Shown: positions 55,693 to 64,000 of the stretch, in pieces
How the letters are laid out: every line of letters starts with the position of its first letter
Numbering within the stretch: the stretch's first letter is position 1
Notes under the pieces: generated by a model
Told to the model about the DNA's origin: nothing
Seen by the model: the letters and a program-made list of their open reading frames with translations, nothing else
Databases searched by the model: none
Position numbers and translations under genes: made by a program
DNA from: Ferruginibacter sp.
GTDB lineage: Bacteria > Bacteroidota > Bacteroidia > Chitinophagales > Chitinophagaceae
Reading direction: 5' to 3'
Length of the DNA: 64,000 nt
Assembly: GCA_017983695.1 (NCBI GenBank)
Contig: JAGOAX010000010.1
Location: 64,716-128,715, forward strand

Positions 55693-56979
55693 ATGGACTG
55701 GATGGCACTTATTGCAATTATTGCGTCTTTAATGCTTATCGGCTTTTTTTCCGGTATAGAAATAGCTTTTATATCGGCCAATAAATTATCTATTGAATTA
55801 AACCGTAAGCAGGGTACACACAGCGGTAAAATATGGGGCGCTTACTCCGATAACCCCACCCGCTTTATAGGCACTACTTTGGTAGGCGTTAATATTGTAA
55901 TGGTGGTGTATGGCTTACTTATTGGAGGTATGCTTACCCCGATTTGGGAGTGGTTTGAAAAGCAACTATCTAATTCACTTACTGAATCTGTTAAATACAT
56001 TAAACTTTTTGTAGAAACACTGCTCTCCACCTTTATATTACTATTTGTGGAGTTTATGTTTAAGGCATTTTTCAGGGCAAGAAATAATGAAATATTAGGC
56101 AATGGTTTCATTAGTTATATTGTTAGTTTTCTTTACTGGCTGCTATCTTCTCTTGCCGCATTTTTTGTAAACACCGCCGAATGGATGTTAAAGAATTTAT
56201 TTGATGTAAAGTTGAATGAAAAGAAAGATGTGTTCAGTAAAATTGACCTGGAACATTTTATGCAGCAAAGTAAAAGCCATGAAGAAGAAGATACCAGTGA
56301 AATAAATAAAGAGTTATTTGATAATGCCTTATCACTAAGTGAAATAAAATTAAGGGAATGCCTTATTCCCCGCCGGGAAATTGAAGGAGTTGACAGTAAA
56401 ACCCCTATTGAAGAAGTAAAAGCAAAATTTATTAGTACCCAGCTTAGTAAGCTGGTAGTGTATGAAGGTAATATCGACAGTATTACAGGATATATTCACC
56501 AGTTGGATCTTTTTAAAAATCCTGCTACTGTAAAAGAAGTATTACTTCCTATTCCCACAGTTCCGGAAAGTATGAGTGCCACCGACCTGATGAATAAATT
56601 CAGTAAAGAAAGAAAAAGTATTGCGTGGGTGATAGATGAATTTGGCGGCACTGCCGGTATTGTAACAATGGAAGATATACTGGAAGAAATTTTTGGCGAC
56701 ATTAAAGATGAATATGACACGGAAGAGTTTGTTGAAAAACAACTGTCTGCCAATGAATTTATTTTTAGTGGTAGGCTGGAGCTGGATTATATTACCGAAA
56801 AGTACAAGCTGGAATTTCCCGATGATGACAATGCGGAAACACTATCAGGTTACATTATTCAAAACAATGAAGCTATTCCTAAACAAAAAGAACGTATCAT
56901 TTTTGGTAATTACGAATTTGATATTTTAAATGTAAGCGACACCCGTATTGAAACGGTAAAAGTAAAAGTGCTGAAATGA
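55693..56979 (+). CDS. Hemolysin/CNNM family protein (DUF21-CBS-CorC)
   Basis: FFSGIEIAF, CBS pair, DEFGGTAGIVTMEDILEEIFGDIKDEYD. Confidence 0.92.
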   Translation: MDWMALIAIIASLMLIGFFSGIEIAFISANKLSIELNRKQGTHSGKIWGAYSDNPTRFIGTTLVGVNIVMVVYGLLIGGMLTPIWEWFEKQLSNSLTESVKYIKLFVETLLSTFILLFVEFMFKAFFRARNNEILGNGFISYIVSFLYWLLSSLAAFFVNTAEWMLKNLFDVKLNEKKDVFSKIDLEHFMQQSKSHEEEDTSEINKELFDNALSLSEIKLRECLIPRREIEGVDSKTPIEEVKAKFISTQLSKLVVYEGNIDSITGYIHQLDLFKNPATVKEVLLPIPTVPESMSATDLMNKFSKERKSIAWVIDEFGGTAGIVTMEDILEEIFGDIKDEYDTEEFVEKQLSANEFIFSGRLELDYITEKYKLEFPDDDNAETLSGYIIQNNEAIPKQKERIIFGNYEFDILNVSDTRIETVKVKVLK

Positions 56980-58103
56980 CAATTGCTGTTAATGCCTGTT
57001 TTTTGAATGATAACCATCTTACCAATAATGGTAATTTTATTTTTGAATGTTTCAGCAGGCTTGCCAAAAAATTTCCTCAACATCAGTTTCTTTTTATAAG
57101 CGATAAAGGAATTAACCAACAATATATTTCAGCTAACAACATACTGCCTGTTATTGCCGGGCCAAAAATTAAAAACCCGTTATTGCTGCAATACTGGTTA
57201 AACTTTAAAGTACCTGCTATATTACGTAAACACAAAGCCGATGTGTTTGTAAGTATTGGTTACTGTTCACAGCGTACAAAACTGCCGCAATGCCTGGTAA
57301 TAAATGAACTTTCTTTTTTACATCATCCACAATTTTTTACCCGGAGCTGGTTTCGTTTTTATAAAAAAAATACACCCGGTTTTTTGAACAAAGCAACAAT
57401 TATTACAACTGCTGCCCAGTTTTTAAAACAGGATATTATTGAAACCTATAAAATGAATGCCGGTAAAATTGATGTAGTATACCAGGGCACCAATAAAATA
57501 TTTACTCAGGCCGATTGGCAACAAAAAGAAAATAGTAAAGCAGCATACACATCAGGCAAAGAATATTTTTTATACACAGGCGAAATTAACAGCAATAAAA
57601 ACCTGGTAAATTTATTAAAAGCATTTTCGTTTTTTAAAAAACGTCAAAAAAGCAATATGCAGTTGGTGCTGGCAACAACAACCGTTTTTACAGATGCTGC
57701 TTTTACAAAAAGCTTGGCTGCCTATAAATACAGGGAAGAGATAAAGCTGCTGGATAAGTTATCCTCTGAAACACTTGCAACAATTACAGCAGCTGCCTAT
57801 GCATTGGTGTACCCGGTTTTTTACGACGGCTTTTGTACACCAGCCCTTGAAGCCATGCAGGCCGGTGTACCAGTTATTACAAGTAATAAAACTGCAATGC
57901 CCGAAATTTGTGGTAATGCCGCTTTATATATTAATCCTGACGATTTTAATGATATTGCTGATAAAATGATGCTGCTTTTTAAAGATGAAAATAAGCGTAA
58001 CGAACTTATAGCAAGTGGACTGCACCAGGTTGCAAAATATAATTGGCCTATAACGACAGAACTGCTTTGGCAGGCAATAGAAAAATGTAATACGGCAGTA
58101 TAA
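56976..58103 (+). CDS. GT4 glycosyltransferase
   Basis: KNLVNLLKAF, YPVFYDGF...ALEAMQAG (Asp at the usual EGFG Glu). Confidence 0.88.
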   Translation: MTIAVNACFLNDNHLTNNGNFIFECFSRLAKKFPQHQFLFISDKGINQQYISANNILPVIAGPKIKNPLLLQYWLNFKVPAILRKHKADVFVSIGYCSQRTKLPQCLVINELSFLHHPQFFTRSWFRFYKKNTPGFLNKATIITTAAQFLKQDIIETYKMNAGKIDVVYQGTNKIFTQADWQQKENSKAAYTSGKEYFLYTGEINSNKNLVNLLKAFSFFKKRQKSNMQLVLATTTVFTDAAFTKSLAAYKYREEIKLLDKLSSETLATITAAAYALVYPVFYDGFCTPALEAMQAGVPVITSNKTAMPEICGNAALYINPDDFNDIADKMMLLFKDENKRNELIASGLHQVAKYNWPITTELLWQAIEKCNTAV

Positions 58104-58199
58104 TAATTACCTACGCCTGTTATACCATTCTTTTTCACAAACCAGTTAACTTTGCTCCCGGTTAGCATAGTAGCTGATTATCAAACCAGATTATTTTTT

Positions 58200-58544
58200 A
58201 TGAATCAATCAACAATAAAAATTGATGTATTACTTGACCCAAACAAAGTGCCTGAGCAAATAAGCTGGAATGCTACAGACAGCAGCGCCGACATGGCACA
58301 AAAAGCCAAAGCTATGTGTATTGCTTTTTGGGATGGTGCTGATAAAACCGCCATGCGTATTGACCTGTGGACAAAAGACATGATGATGGATGAAATGGCC
58401 GATTTTTATTACCAGATGCTGATGGGCATGGCCGACTCGTTTAAAAGAGCTACGCAACAACAGGAAATGAGTGATGACATGAAAAAATTTGCCAAGCATT
58501 TTTTTGATACTTTCAGGGCTATACAATTGAAAGAGAATAAATAA
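58200..58544 (+). CDS. gldC: Gliding motility protein GldC
   Basis: LDPNKVPEQISW, MRIDLWTKDM, ADSFKRAT. Confidence 0.9.
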   Translation: MNQSTIKIDVLLDPNKVPEQISWNATDSSADMAQKAKAMCIAFWDGADKTAMRIDLWTKDMMMDEMADFYYQMLMGMADSFKRATQQQEMSDDMKKFAKHFFDTFRAIQLKENK

Positions 58545-58571
58545 ACAAATTAACCAGTTAACTATATTACT

Positions 58572-59024
58572 ATGGCATTAGAACAACAAATAATGGCAGA
58601 AATGAAAGATGCCATGAAAGCGAAAGATGAAGCAACTTTAAGAGGATTACGTGCTATTAAAGCCGAAATTATTAAAGCCAAAACAGAACCCGGCGCCGGT
58701 GGCGAAATAGATGAGGCCACCGAGCAAAAGTTTTTGCAAAAGATGATGAAACAACGCAGGGACTCTTTGGAGATTTTTGAAAAACAGGGCCGTGCCGACC
58801 TGGCTGCAAAAGAAAAAGAAGAGATGGCAATAATTGAAAGATTCTTACCAAAGCAACTAAGTGAGGCTGAATTAAAAACTGCCATAGAAAAAATTATTGC
58901 AACTACAGGCGCTGCTTCGCCGGCAGATATGGGTAAAGTAATGGGAGTTGCCAGCAAACAACTGGCAGGCCTTGCCGATGGAAAAACCATCAGTAATATT
59001 GTAAAAGAATTATTGAGCAGCTAA
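58572..59024 (+). CDS. GatB/YqeY domain protein
   Basis: MKDAMKAKD, GRADLA, DMGKVMG, ADGKTIS. Confidence 0.95.
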   Translation: MALEQQIMAEMKDAMKAKDEATLRGLRAIKAEIIKAKTEPGAGGEIDEATEQKFLQKMMKQRRDSLEIFEKQGRADLAAKEKEEMAIIERFLPKQLSEAELKTAIEKIIATTGAASPADMGKVMGVASKQLAGLADGKTISNIVKELLSS

Positions 59025-59039
59025 TACGCAGCACTATAA

Positions 59040-59576
59040 ATGATAGATATAATTTTTGCCATAATCATTATCATTGCATGTATTAAAGGGTATCAAAAGG
59101 GCTTGATAATAGCAGTATTTTCTATCATCGCTTTTATTATTGGCCTGGCAGCTGCATTAAAATTATCTGCAGTTGTTGCCGGATGGTTGAACGGGCAGGC
59201 AAATATTTCTGCAAAATGGCTGCCTTTTATATCATTTGCATTAGTGTTTTTTGTTGTGGTATTGCTGGTACGCATGGGTGGAAAACTGATTGAAAAAACT
59301 TTTCAAATGGTATTGCTGGGCTGGGTAAACCGCTTAGGTGGCATTGTTTTTTATGTTGCTTTATATATTATCATTTTCAGTGTTTTTTTATTTTATGCCG
59401 AAAAGGGTAAGCTCTTGCAACCATCCACCATACAATCCTCGCAAACCTATAACTTTGTACAGCCCTGGGGGCCATTAGTGATTGATAATTTTGGAAAAAT
59501 AATACCGTTGTTTAAAGATATGTTTACCGATCTTGAAGCGTTTTTTAGTACCGCAGGTAACAAAATGCAGCATTAA
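59040..59576 (+). CDS. CvpA family protein
   Basis: Hydrophobic, KGYQKGLI, NRLGG. Confidence 0.9.
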   Translation: MIDIIFAIIIIIACIKGYQKGLIIAVFSIIAFIIGLAAALKLSAVVAGWLNGQANISAKWLPFISFALVFFVVVLLVRMGGKLIEKTFQMVLLGWVNRLGGIVFYVALYIIIFSVFLFYAEKGKLLQPSTIQSSQTYNFVQPWGPLVIDNFGKIIPLFKDMFTDLEAFFSTAGNKMQH

Positions 59577-59655
59577 TTTTTAAGCTTATTTTATTTAACG
59601 TATTTTGCAGTTACTGAACCAATTAAAGCAACGGGTAAAACCATTTAACTAACGG

Positions 59656-60432
59656 ATGAGCTACCAAATAAAACAAGACGGCAAATTTAAATTTATAGAA
59701 GAAGGAGAAGGCGAACCGCTGATGCTGTTGCATGGATTGTTTGGCGCATTAAGTAACTTTCAGGACCTGATAACACACTTTAGCAAAACCAATAAAGTAG
59801 TGGTGCCGATATTACCATTGCTCGACCTTGATCTGCTACACACTTCTGTTGGCGGGCTGCAAAAATTTGTACACCGTTTTATAGAACATCGTAATTACAA
59901 AAACATTCACCTGCTGGGTAATTCTCTTGGCGGACATGTGGGATTAGTACTTGTTTTAAAACATCCCGAGCATATTAAATCTTTAATACTTACCGGTAGC
60001 TCTGGCCTGTTTGAAAATGGTATGGGAGACAGCTACCCCAAACGTGGCGATAAAGAATACATCCGCAAAAAAACACAGCTTACTTTTTATAATCCCGATC
60101 TGGCAACTGAAGAGCTGGTAAATGAAGTTTTTGAAATTACCAATAACAGGCTGAAAGTGATAAAAATTATTGCATTGGCAAAAAGCGCCATTCGTAATAA
60201 TTTAGGCGAAGAATTAAACCAGGTAAAACAACCTACCTGCCTCATTTGGGGCAATAATGATACCATTACCCCTCCATTTGTAGGCAAAGAATTTAACCGC
60301 CTTTTACCCAATAGCGAACTCCATTTTATAGACAAGTGCGGCCATGCCCCAATGATGGAAGTGCCGGTGGAATTTAACCAGATACTGGAACAGTTTTTAA
60401 ATAAAATAAAAGCTCCTGCTGCAACAGTTTAA
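59656..60432 (+). CDS. Alpha/beta fold hydrolase
   Basis: LHGLFG, GNSLGG, CGHAPMME. Confidence 0.93.
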   Translation: MSYQIKQDGKFKFIEEGEGEPLMLLHGLFGALSNFQDLITHFSKTNKVVVPILPLLDLDLLHTSVGGLQKFVHRFIEHRNYKNIHLLGNSLGGHVGLVLVLKHPEHIKSLILTGSSGLFENGMGDSYPKRGDKEYIRKKTQLTFYNPDLATEELVNEVFEITNNRLKVIKIIALAKSAIRNNLGEELNQVKQPTCLIWGNNDTITPPFVGKEFNRLLPNSELHFIDKCGHAPMMEVPVEFNQILEQFLNKIKAPAATV

Positions 60433-60518
60433 CAAAAATTTGTGTCTGCATACTATTAACTATTAGCATTCGTTATCATCTTAATATCAGTAGCAGTAAT
60501 AAATCTTAAATAACAGCA

Positions 60519-61178
60519 ATGTTAACCGTAGAACTTATAAACAACAATATCCCCCGCTTAAAACTGCAGGATACCGCAGGTAAGGCGCTGCAGTTGATTA
60601 ACGACTTTCGTGTTACACACCTGCCTGTTATTGCCGATGAAAAATACCTTGGTTTAATAAGTGAAGAAGATTTACAGGATGCAGATGAAAAAATGCCAAT
60701 TGAGTTAATGCAGGAAAACTTTATTGATGCAGCTGTTCATGAAAACGAACATTTTTTAACTGCTGTTAACTGCTGTAATCAATACGATACTACTGTGGTA
60801 CCCGTAGTTAATGAAGAAAAAGAACTGGTAGGTGTTATAACATCACCCGACCTGTTAAAGGCACTGGGCAATTTTGCAGGCACCAACGAAATTGGCGGCA
60901 TTATTGTACTGGAAATGGAACGCAGCCAGTTTGCCATTTCGGAAATCAGCCGCATTGTAGAAAGTAATGATGCCACTATTTTACATTTAAACACTACTGT
61001 TCATCCCGAAACCGGCATGTTAACAGTTACCATTCATGCCAATAAAAAAGAAATTGCAGCCATTGTTGCTACTTTTGAAAGATATGAATATGATGTCATA
61101 TACTTTTTTGGCAATGAAAATTTTGAGAATGAAATACATTCCAACTATCGCCACCTGATGAATTATCTCGATATTTAA
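60519..61178 (+). CDS. CBS-domain protein
   Basis: Two CBS repeats plus ACT-like C-terminus. Confidence 0.88.
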   Translation: MLTVELINNNIPRLKLQDTAGKALQLINDFRVTHLPVIADEKYLGLISEEDLQDADEKMPIELMQENFIDAAVHENEHFLTAVNCCNQYDTTVVPVVNEEKELVGVITSPDLLKALGNFAGTNEIGGIIVLEMERSQFAISEISRIVESNDATILHLNTTVHPETGMLTVTIHANKKEIAAIVATFERYEYDVIYFFGNENFENEIHSNYRHLMNYLDI

Positions 61179-61256
61179 TTATTGAAACAGTTTGCTGTTT
61201 AATTTCATCTGACAAAATTTATTCATCACCAGCCGCTATTATGAAGTAACGAAGCA

Positions 61257-62714
61257 ATGCCAGGTCTCAAAAAAATATCCCTTAGCATACTGTTACTTTT
61301 AGTTTTCTCATTTGCAAGAGCACAGAACCAAAACAAAGTACTTCTTACCAACACAGCAATACCTTTACAGGACAGTACCGGTAAACTTCATGTTAAAGAC
61401 ATCATCATTAAAGGCAATAAGCAAACAAAATCCTACATCATTCTTCGTGAAATACATTTTAAAAAAGGCGACTCTCTAATTATAGCATCATTGAATAAAG
61501 AACTGGAGCAGGCCAGGCAGCAGGTGTATAACACCACTTTGTTCAGCGAAGTAAAATTTGAGCTGGTGGTGCTTTCTGCTTATGACATCATGCTTATTGT
61601 AGATGTAAGAGAGCGCTGGTACATTTACCCGGTGCCGCAATTTAAACCTGTTGACAGAAATTTTAATGAATGGATTAAAACCTATAATGCCAGTTTAAAA
61701 AGAGTGAACTACGGATTAAAATTTGTGCATTACAATTTAAGTGGCCGCCGGGATCAATTACGTATTTATTTATTAAACGGCTTCAGCAGGGATTTTTCGT
61801 TTAGCTATTCTGCACCTTACAGCAACAAGGCGCTAACAGAAGGTTTTGTGGTAGGTGCCGGTTACTCTCAAAAAAAAGAAATACCCTACAAAACAGATTA
61901 CAATAACAAGCTTTTGTTTTATACTTCCGACAGCCTGCGCAGCAAATTTGTAGGCAGTACATTTTATATCAATGCTGGCTATACCATGCGTAAAGGTTTT
62001 TTTGTAAAGCAATTTTTTAATGCTTCCTTTTCCACCATAGCTGTAACAGACAGTATCTTATCACCAAAAAATAATCCCAACTATTTAAACTCAATTAAGC
62101 CTTCGGTAAATATTTTTGAAGTCTCTTATGCCTACCAATATGTTAATGTAAATAATGTATTGTATGCCACAAAAGGAAAATCATGGTTTGCTGCTGTTTC
62201 AAAAAGAGGGCTGGGCTTTACAGGAGGCATTAATGCATTAACCATTGAAGCCGCGTTAAACAAATATTTTGACATGGGTAAAAAATGGTACAGCAGCATT
62301 CAGCTAAATGGAAAATTGCGGTTGCCTTTACGTCAGGCTTATATTAATCAAAGAGGATTGGGTTATGGCGATAGTTATTTAAGAGGGTTGGAATATTTAG
62401 TTATTGATGGTGTGGGTACAACCTTAGTAAAATCAACATTAAAAAAGAAAGTGGCTGAATTTAAAATTCCTGTACCCTTTAAACTTAAATCACTCTCACA
62501 CATTCCATTTACCATATTTGCAAAAACCTATGCCGATTTTGGATATGTGTACAATAAAAAAGAATTTGACACTTATCTTAGTAACAGGCTACTTTATACC
62601 GGAGGTTTCGGTATTGACATACTCACCTTTTACGATATAAACCTGCGATTCGAATACAGTTTTAACCAATTAAACCAAAAGGGACTATTTTTACATACCC
62701 AAAGCGGATTTTAA
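61257..62714 (+). CDS. POTRA/Omp85 (BamA/TamA-like) outer membrane protein
   Basis: GNKQTKSYIILRE, VRERWYIYP, LRGLEY, C-terminal Phe. Confidence 0.85.
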   Translation: MPGLKKISLSILLLLVFSFARAQNQNKVLLTNTAIPLQDSTGKLHVKDIIIKGNKQTKSYIILREIHFKKGDSLIIASLNKELEQARQQVYNTTLFSEVKFELVVLSAYDIMLIVDVRERWYIYPVPQFKPVDRNFNEWIKTYNASLKRVNYGLKFVHYNLSGRRDQLRIYLLNGFSRDFSFSYSAPYSNKALTEGFVVGAGYSQKKEIPYKTDYNNKLLFYTSDSLRSKFVGSTFYINAGYTMRKGFFVKQFFNASFSTIAVTDSILSPKNNPNYLNSIKPSVNIFEVSYAYQYVNVNNVLYATKGKSWFAAVSKRGLGFTGGINALTIEAALNKYFDMGKKWYSSIQLNGKLRLPLRQAYINQRGLGYGDSYLRGLEYLVIDGVGTTLVKSTLKKKVAEFKIPVPFKLKSLSHIPFTIFAKTYADFGYVYNKKEFDTYLSNRLLYTGGFGIDILTFYDINLRFEYSFNQLNQKGLFLHTQSGF

Positions 62715-62739
62715 ACAATAAGCTTAAAAAGGTACAGGA

Positions 62740-63618
62740 ATGAAAATAGCAATTTACAGCAGGGGTTTAGAAGAGAATCAGCATAAAGAGATCAATTCTT
62801 TAATAACTGAATTGGTACAGCATAATGTGGAGCCGGTTTTTTACCAGGATTTTTTTAATAAATTTTATTCTGCTGTTGATCTCAAGTCGAAATATTCAAC
62901 ATTCAATTCATCCGACGACCTGGATGATACTATTGATTGCATGATAAGCCTTGGCGGCGATGGCACTTTATTAGATACGGTTACTTTGGTACGGGATAAA
63001 GGCACACCGGTTTTAGGTATTAATTATGGCAGACTTGGTTTTTTAGCCAACATTGGTAAAGGCGATTTAAAAACAGCAATAGATGCATTGGTAAGCCGCA
63101 CCTATGTTATTGATAAAAGAACATTAATTCATTTAGATGCCAACGTGCCATTGTTTGGTGACGTGCCATATGGCTTAAATGAATTCACTTTATTAAAGCA
63201 GGATTCTTCTTCCATGATAAAAATTCATACCTATTTAAACGGAGAATTTTTAAATACGTATTGGGCAGATGGCCTTATTGTGGCAACACCAACAGGTTCT
63301 ACCGGCTATTCACTCAGTTGCAATGGCCCGGTTGTTTTTCCTGACAGCGGAAGCTTTGTAATAACTCCAGTAGCGCCGCATAATCTTAACATCCGCCCAA
63401 TTGTAGTACCCGACGATACCATTATTTCTTTTGAAGTGGAAGGCAGAACAGATGCCTTTTTATGTACACTCGACAGCCGCAGGGAAATTGTTACCAAAGA
63501 AATTCAGTTAGCTGTACGTAAAGAAAATTTTGGCATAAACCTTATCAGGCTTAATGAAAATAATTTTTTACAAACGCTGAGGAATAAATTGAGTTGGGGA
63601 TTGGATGTGAGGAATTGA
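62740..63618 (+). CDS. nadK: NAD kinase
   Basis: SLGGDGT, GRLGFL, LNE, TPTGSTGYSLS. Confidence 0.97.
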   Translation: MKIAIYSRGLEENQHKEINSLITELVQHNVEPVFYQDFFNKFYSAVDLKSKYSTFNSSDDLDDTIDCMISLGGDGTLLDTVTLVRDKGTPVLGINYGRLGFLANIGKGDLKTAIDALVSRTYVIDKRTLIHLDANVPLFGDVPYGLNEFTLLKQDSSSMIKIHTYLNGEFLNTYWADGLIVATPTGSTGYSLSCNGPVVFPDSGSFVITPVAPHNLNIRPIVVPDDTIISFEVEGRTDAFLCTLDSRREIVTKEIQLAVRKENFGINLIRLNENNFLQTLRNKLSWGLDVRN

Positions 63619-63718
63619 TTTTTTGTAACGGATTTTTTATGGTATTTCCGACTGAACAAATTCATTTGAGCAGGGCTGTATAGCATTCTTTTATTACTTA
63701 TTATTGTTCATTTTTATC

Positions 63719-64000
63719 ATGCACAGCAAAATAAAAAGACTACGCTCTATCTTTATCATTTACTGGATTTTACTGGCCTATATTATTGCAGCATTAGTAT
63801 GGTGGTTTATTGCATTAAACAGGCAAAACGAACAGATGGCCAATTATAAAATACAGGAACTTAAAACAGAGGAGCCGTCATATAAAGAACGATTAGCTAA
63901 AATTGAGGACGTAGAAAAAAGAAAAACAGCCCAATACATCGGCGAGGGTGTCACATTCTTTTTACTGATAGTTGCAGGTGCTGTTTTTGTTTTCCGTGCT
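63719..64000 (+). CDS. N-terminus of membrane sensor histidine kinase (partial; not in ORF track)
   Basis: MHSKIKRLRSIFIIYWILLAYIIAALVWWF...KTAQYIGEGVTFFLL, two-TM sensor start running off the window. Confidence 0.65.
   Translation, partial: MHSKIKRLRSIFIIYWILLAYIIAALVWWFIALNRQNEQMANYKIQELKTEEPSYKERLAKIEDVEKRKTAQYIGEGVTFFLLIVAGAVFVFRA

Noticed and set aside
58562-58990. 142-aa minus-strand ORF
   Set aside because: Antisense shadow of YqeY

Overview
Bacteroidota DNA, most likely Chitinophagaceae (gldC, TAnnTTTG promoter elements, DUF4290, roughly 35-40% GC by eye), in two halves. Bases 1-22.7 kb are a phosphorus-starvation cluster: a phosphonate catabolism operon (PhnZ-like 3' end, PhnX-like HAD, DUF5690 transporter, FAD oxidase), a TonB receptor plus beta-helix lipoprotein, several phosphatases/phosphoesterases, two convergent envelope-remodelling operons (PAP2-GtrA-ArnT-like; PlcP/LpxH-like-glycosyltransferase-GH1), a decayed SusD remnant and a PhoP/PhoR-like two-component system. 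I read seven upstream arrays of a (G/T/A)TAA(C/T)A hexamer repeated every 11 bp; the five on the + strand end 18-19 nt before a degenerate -7 element. These look like Pho boxes, and one array precedes no gene (candidate sRNA). Bases 22.8-64 kb are mostly housekeeping (atpBEFH, mreBCD-mrdA-rodA, purD, three POT transporters, DUF1800/1501, alkB, serS, gcvH, murA, gmk, gldC, nadK), with several gene-less palindromic or heptamer intergenic elements. I saw no rRNA, tRNA, CRISPR array, integrase or transposase. Family calls come from motif recognition, not database searches.
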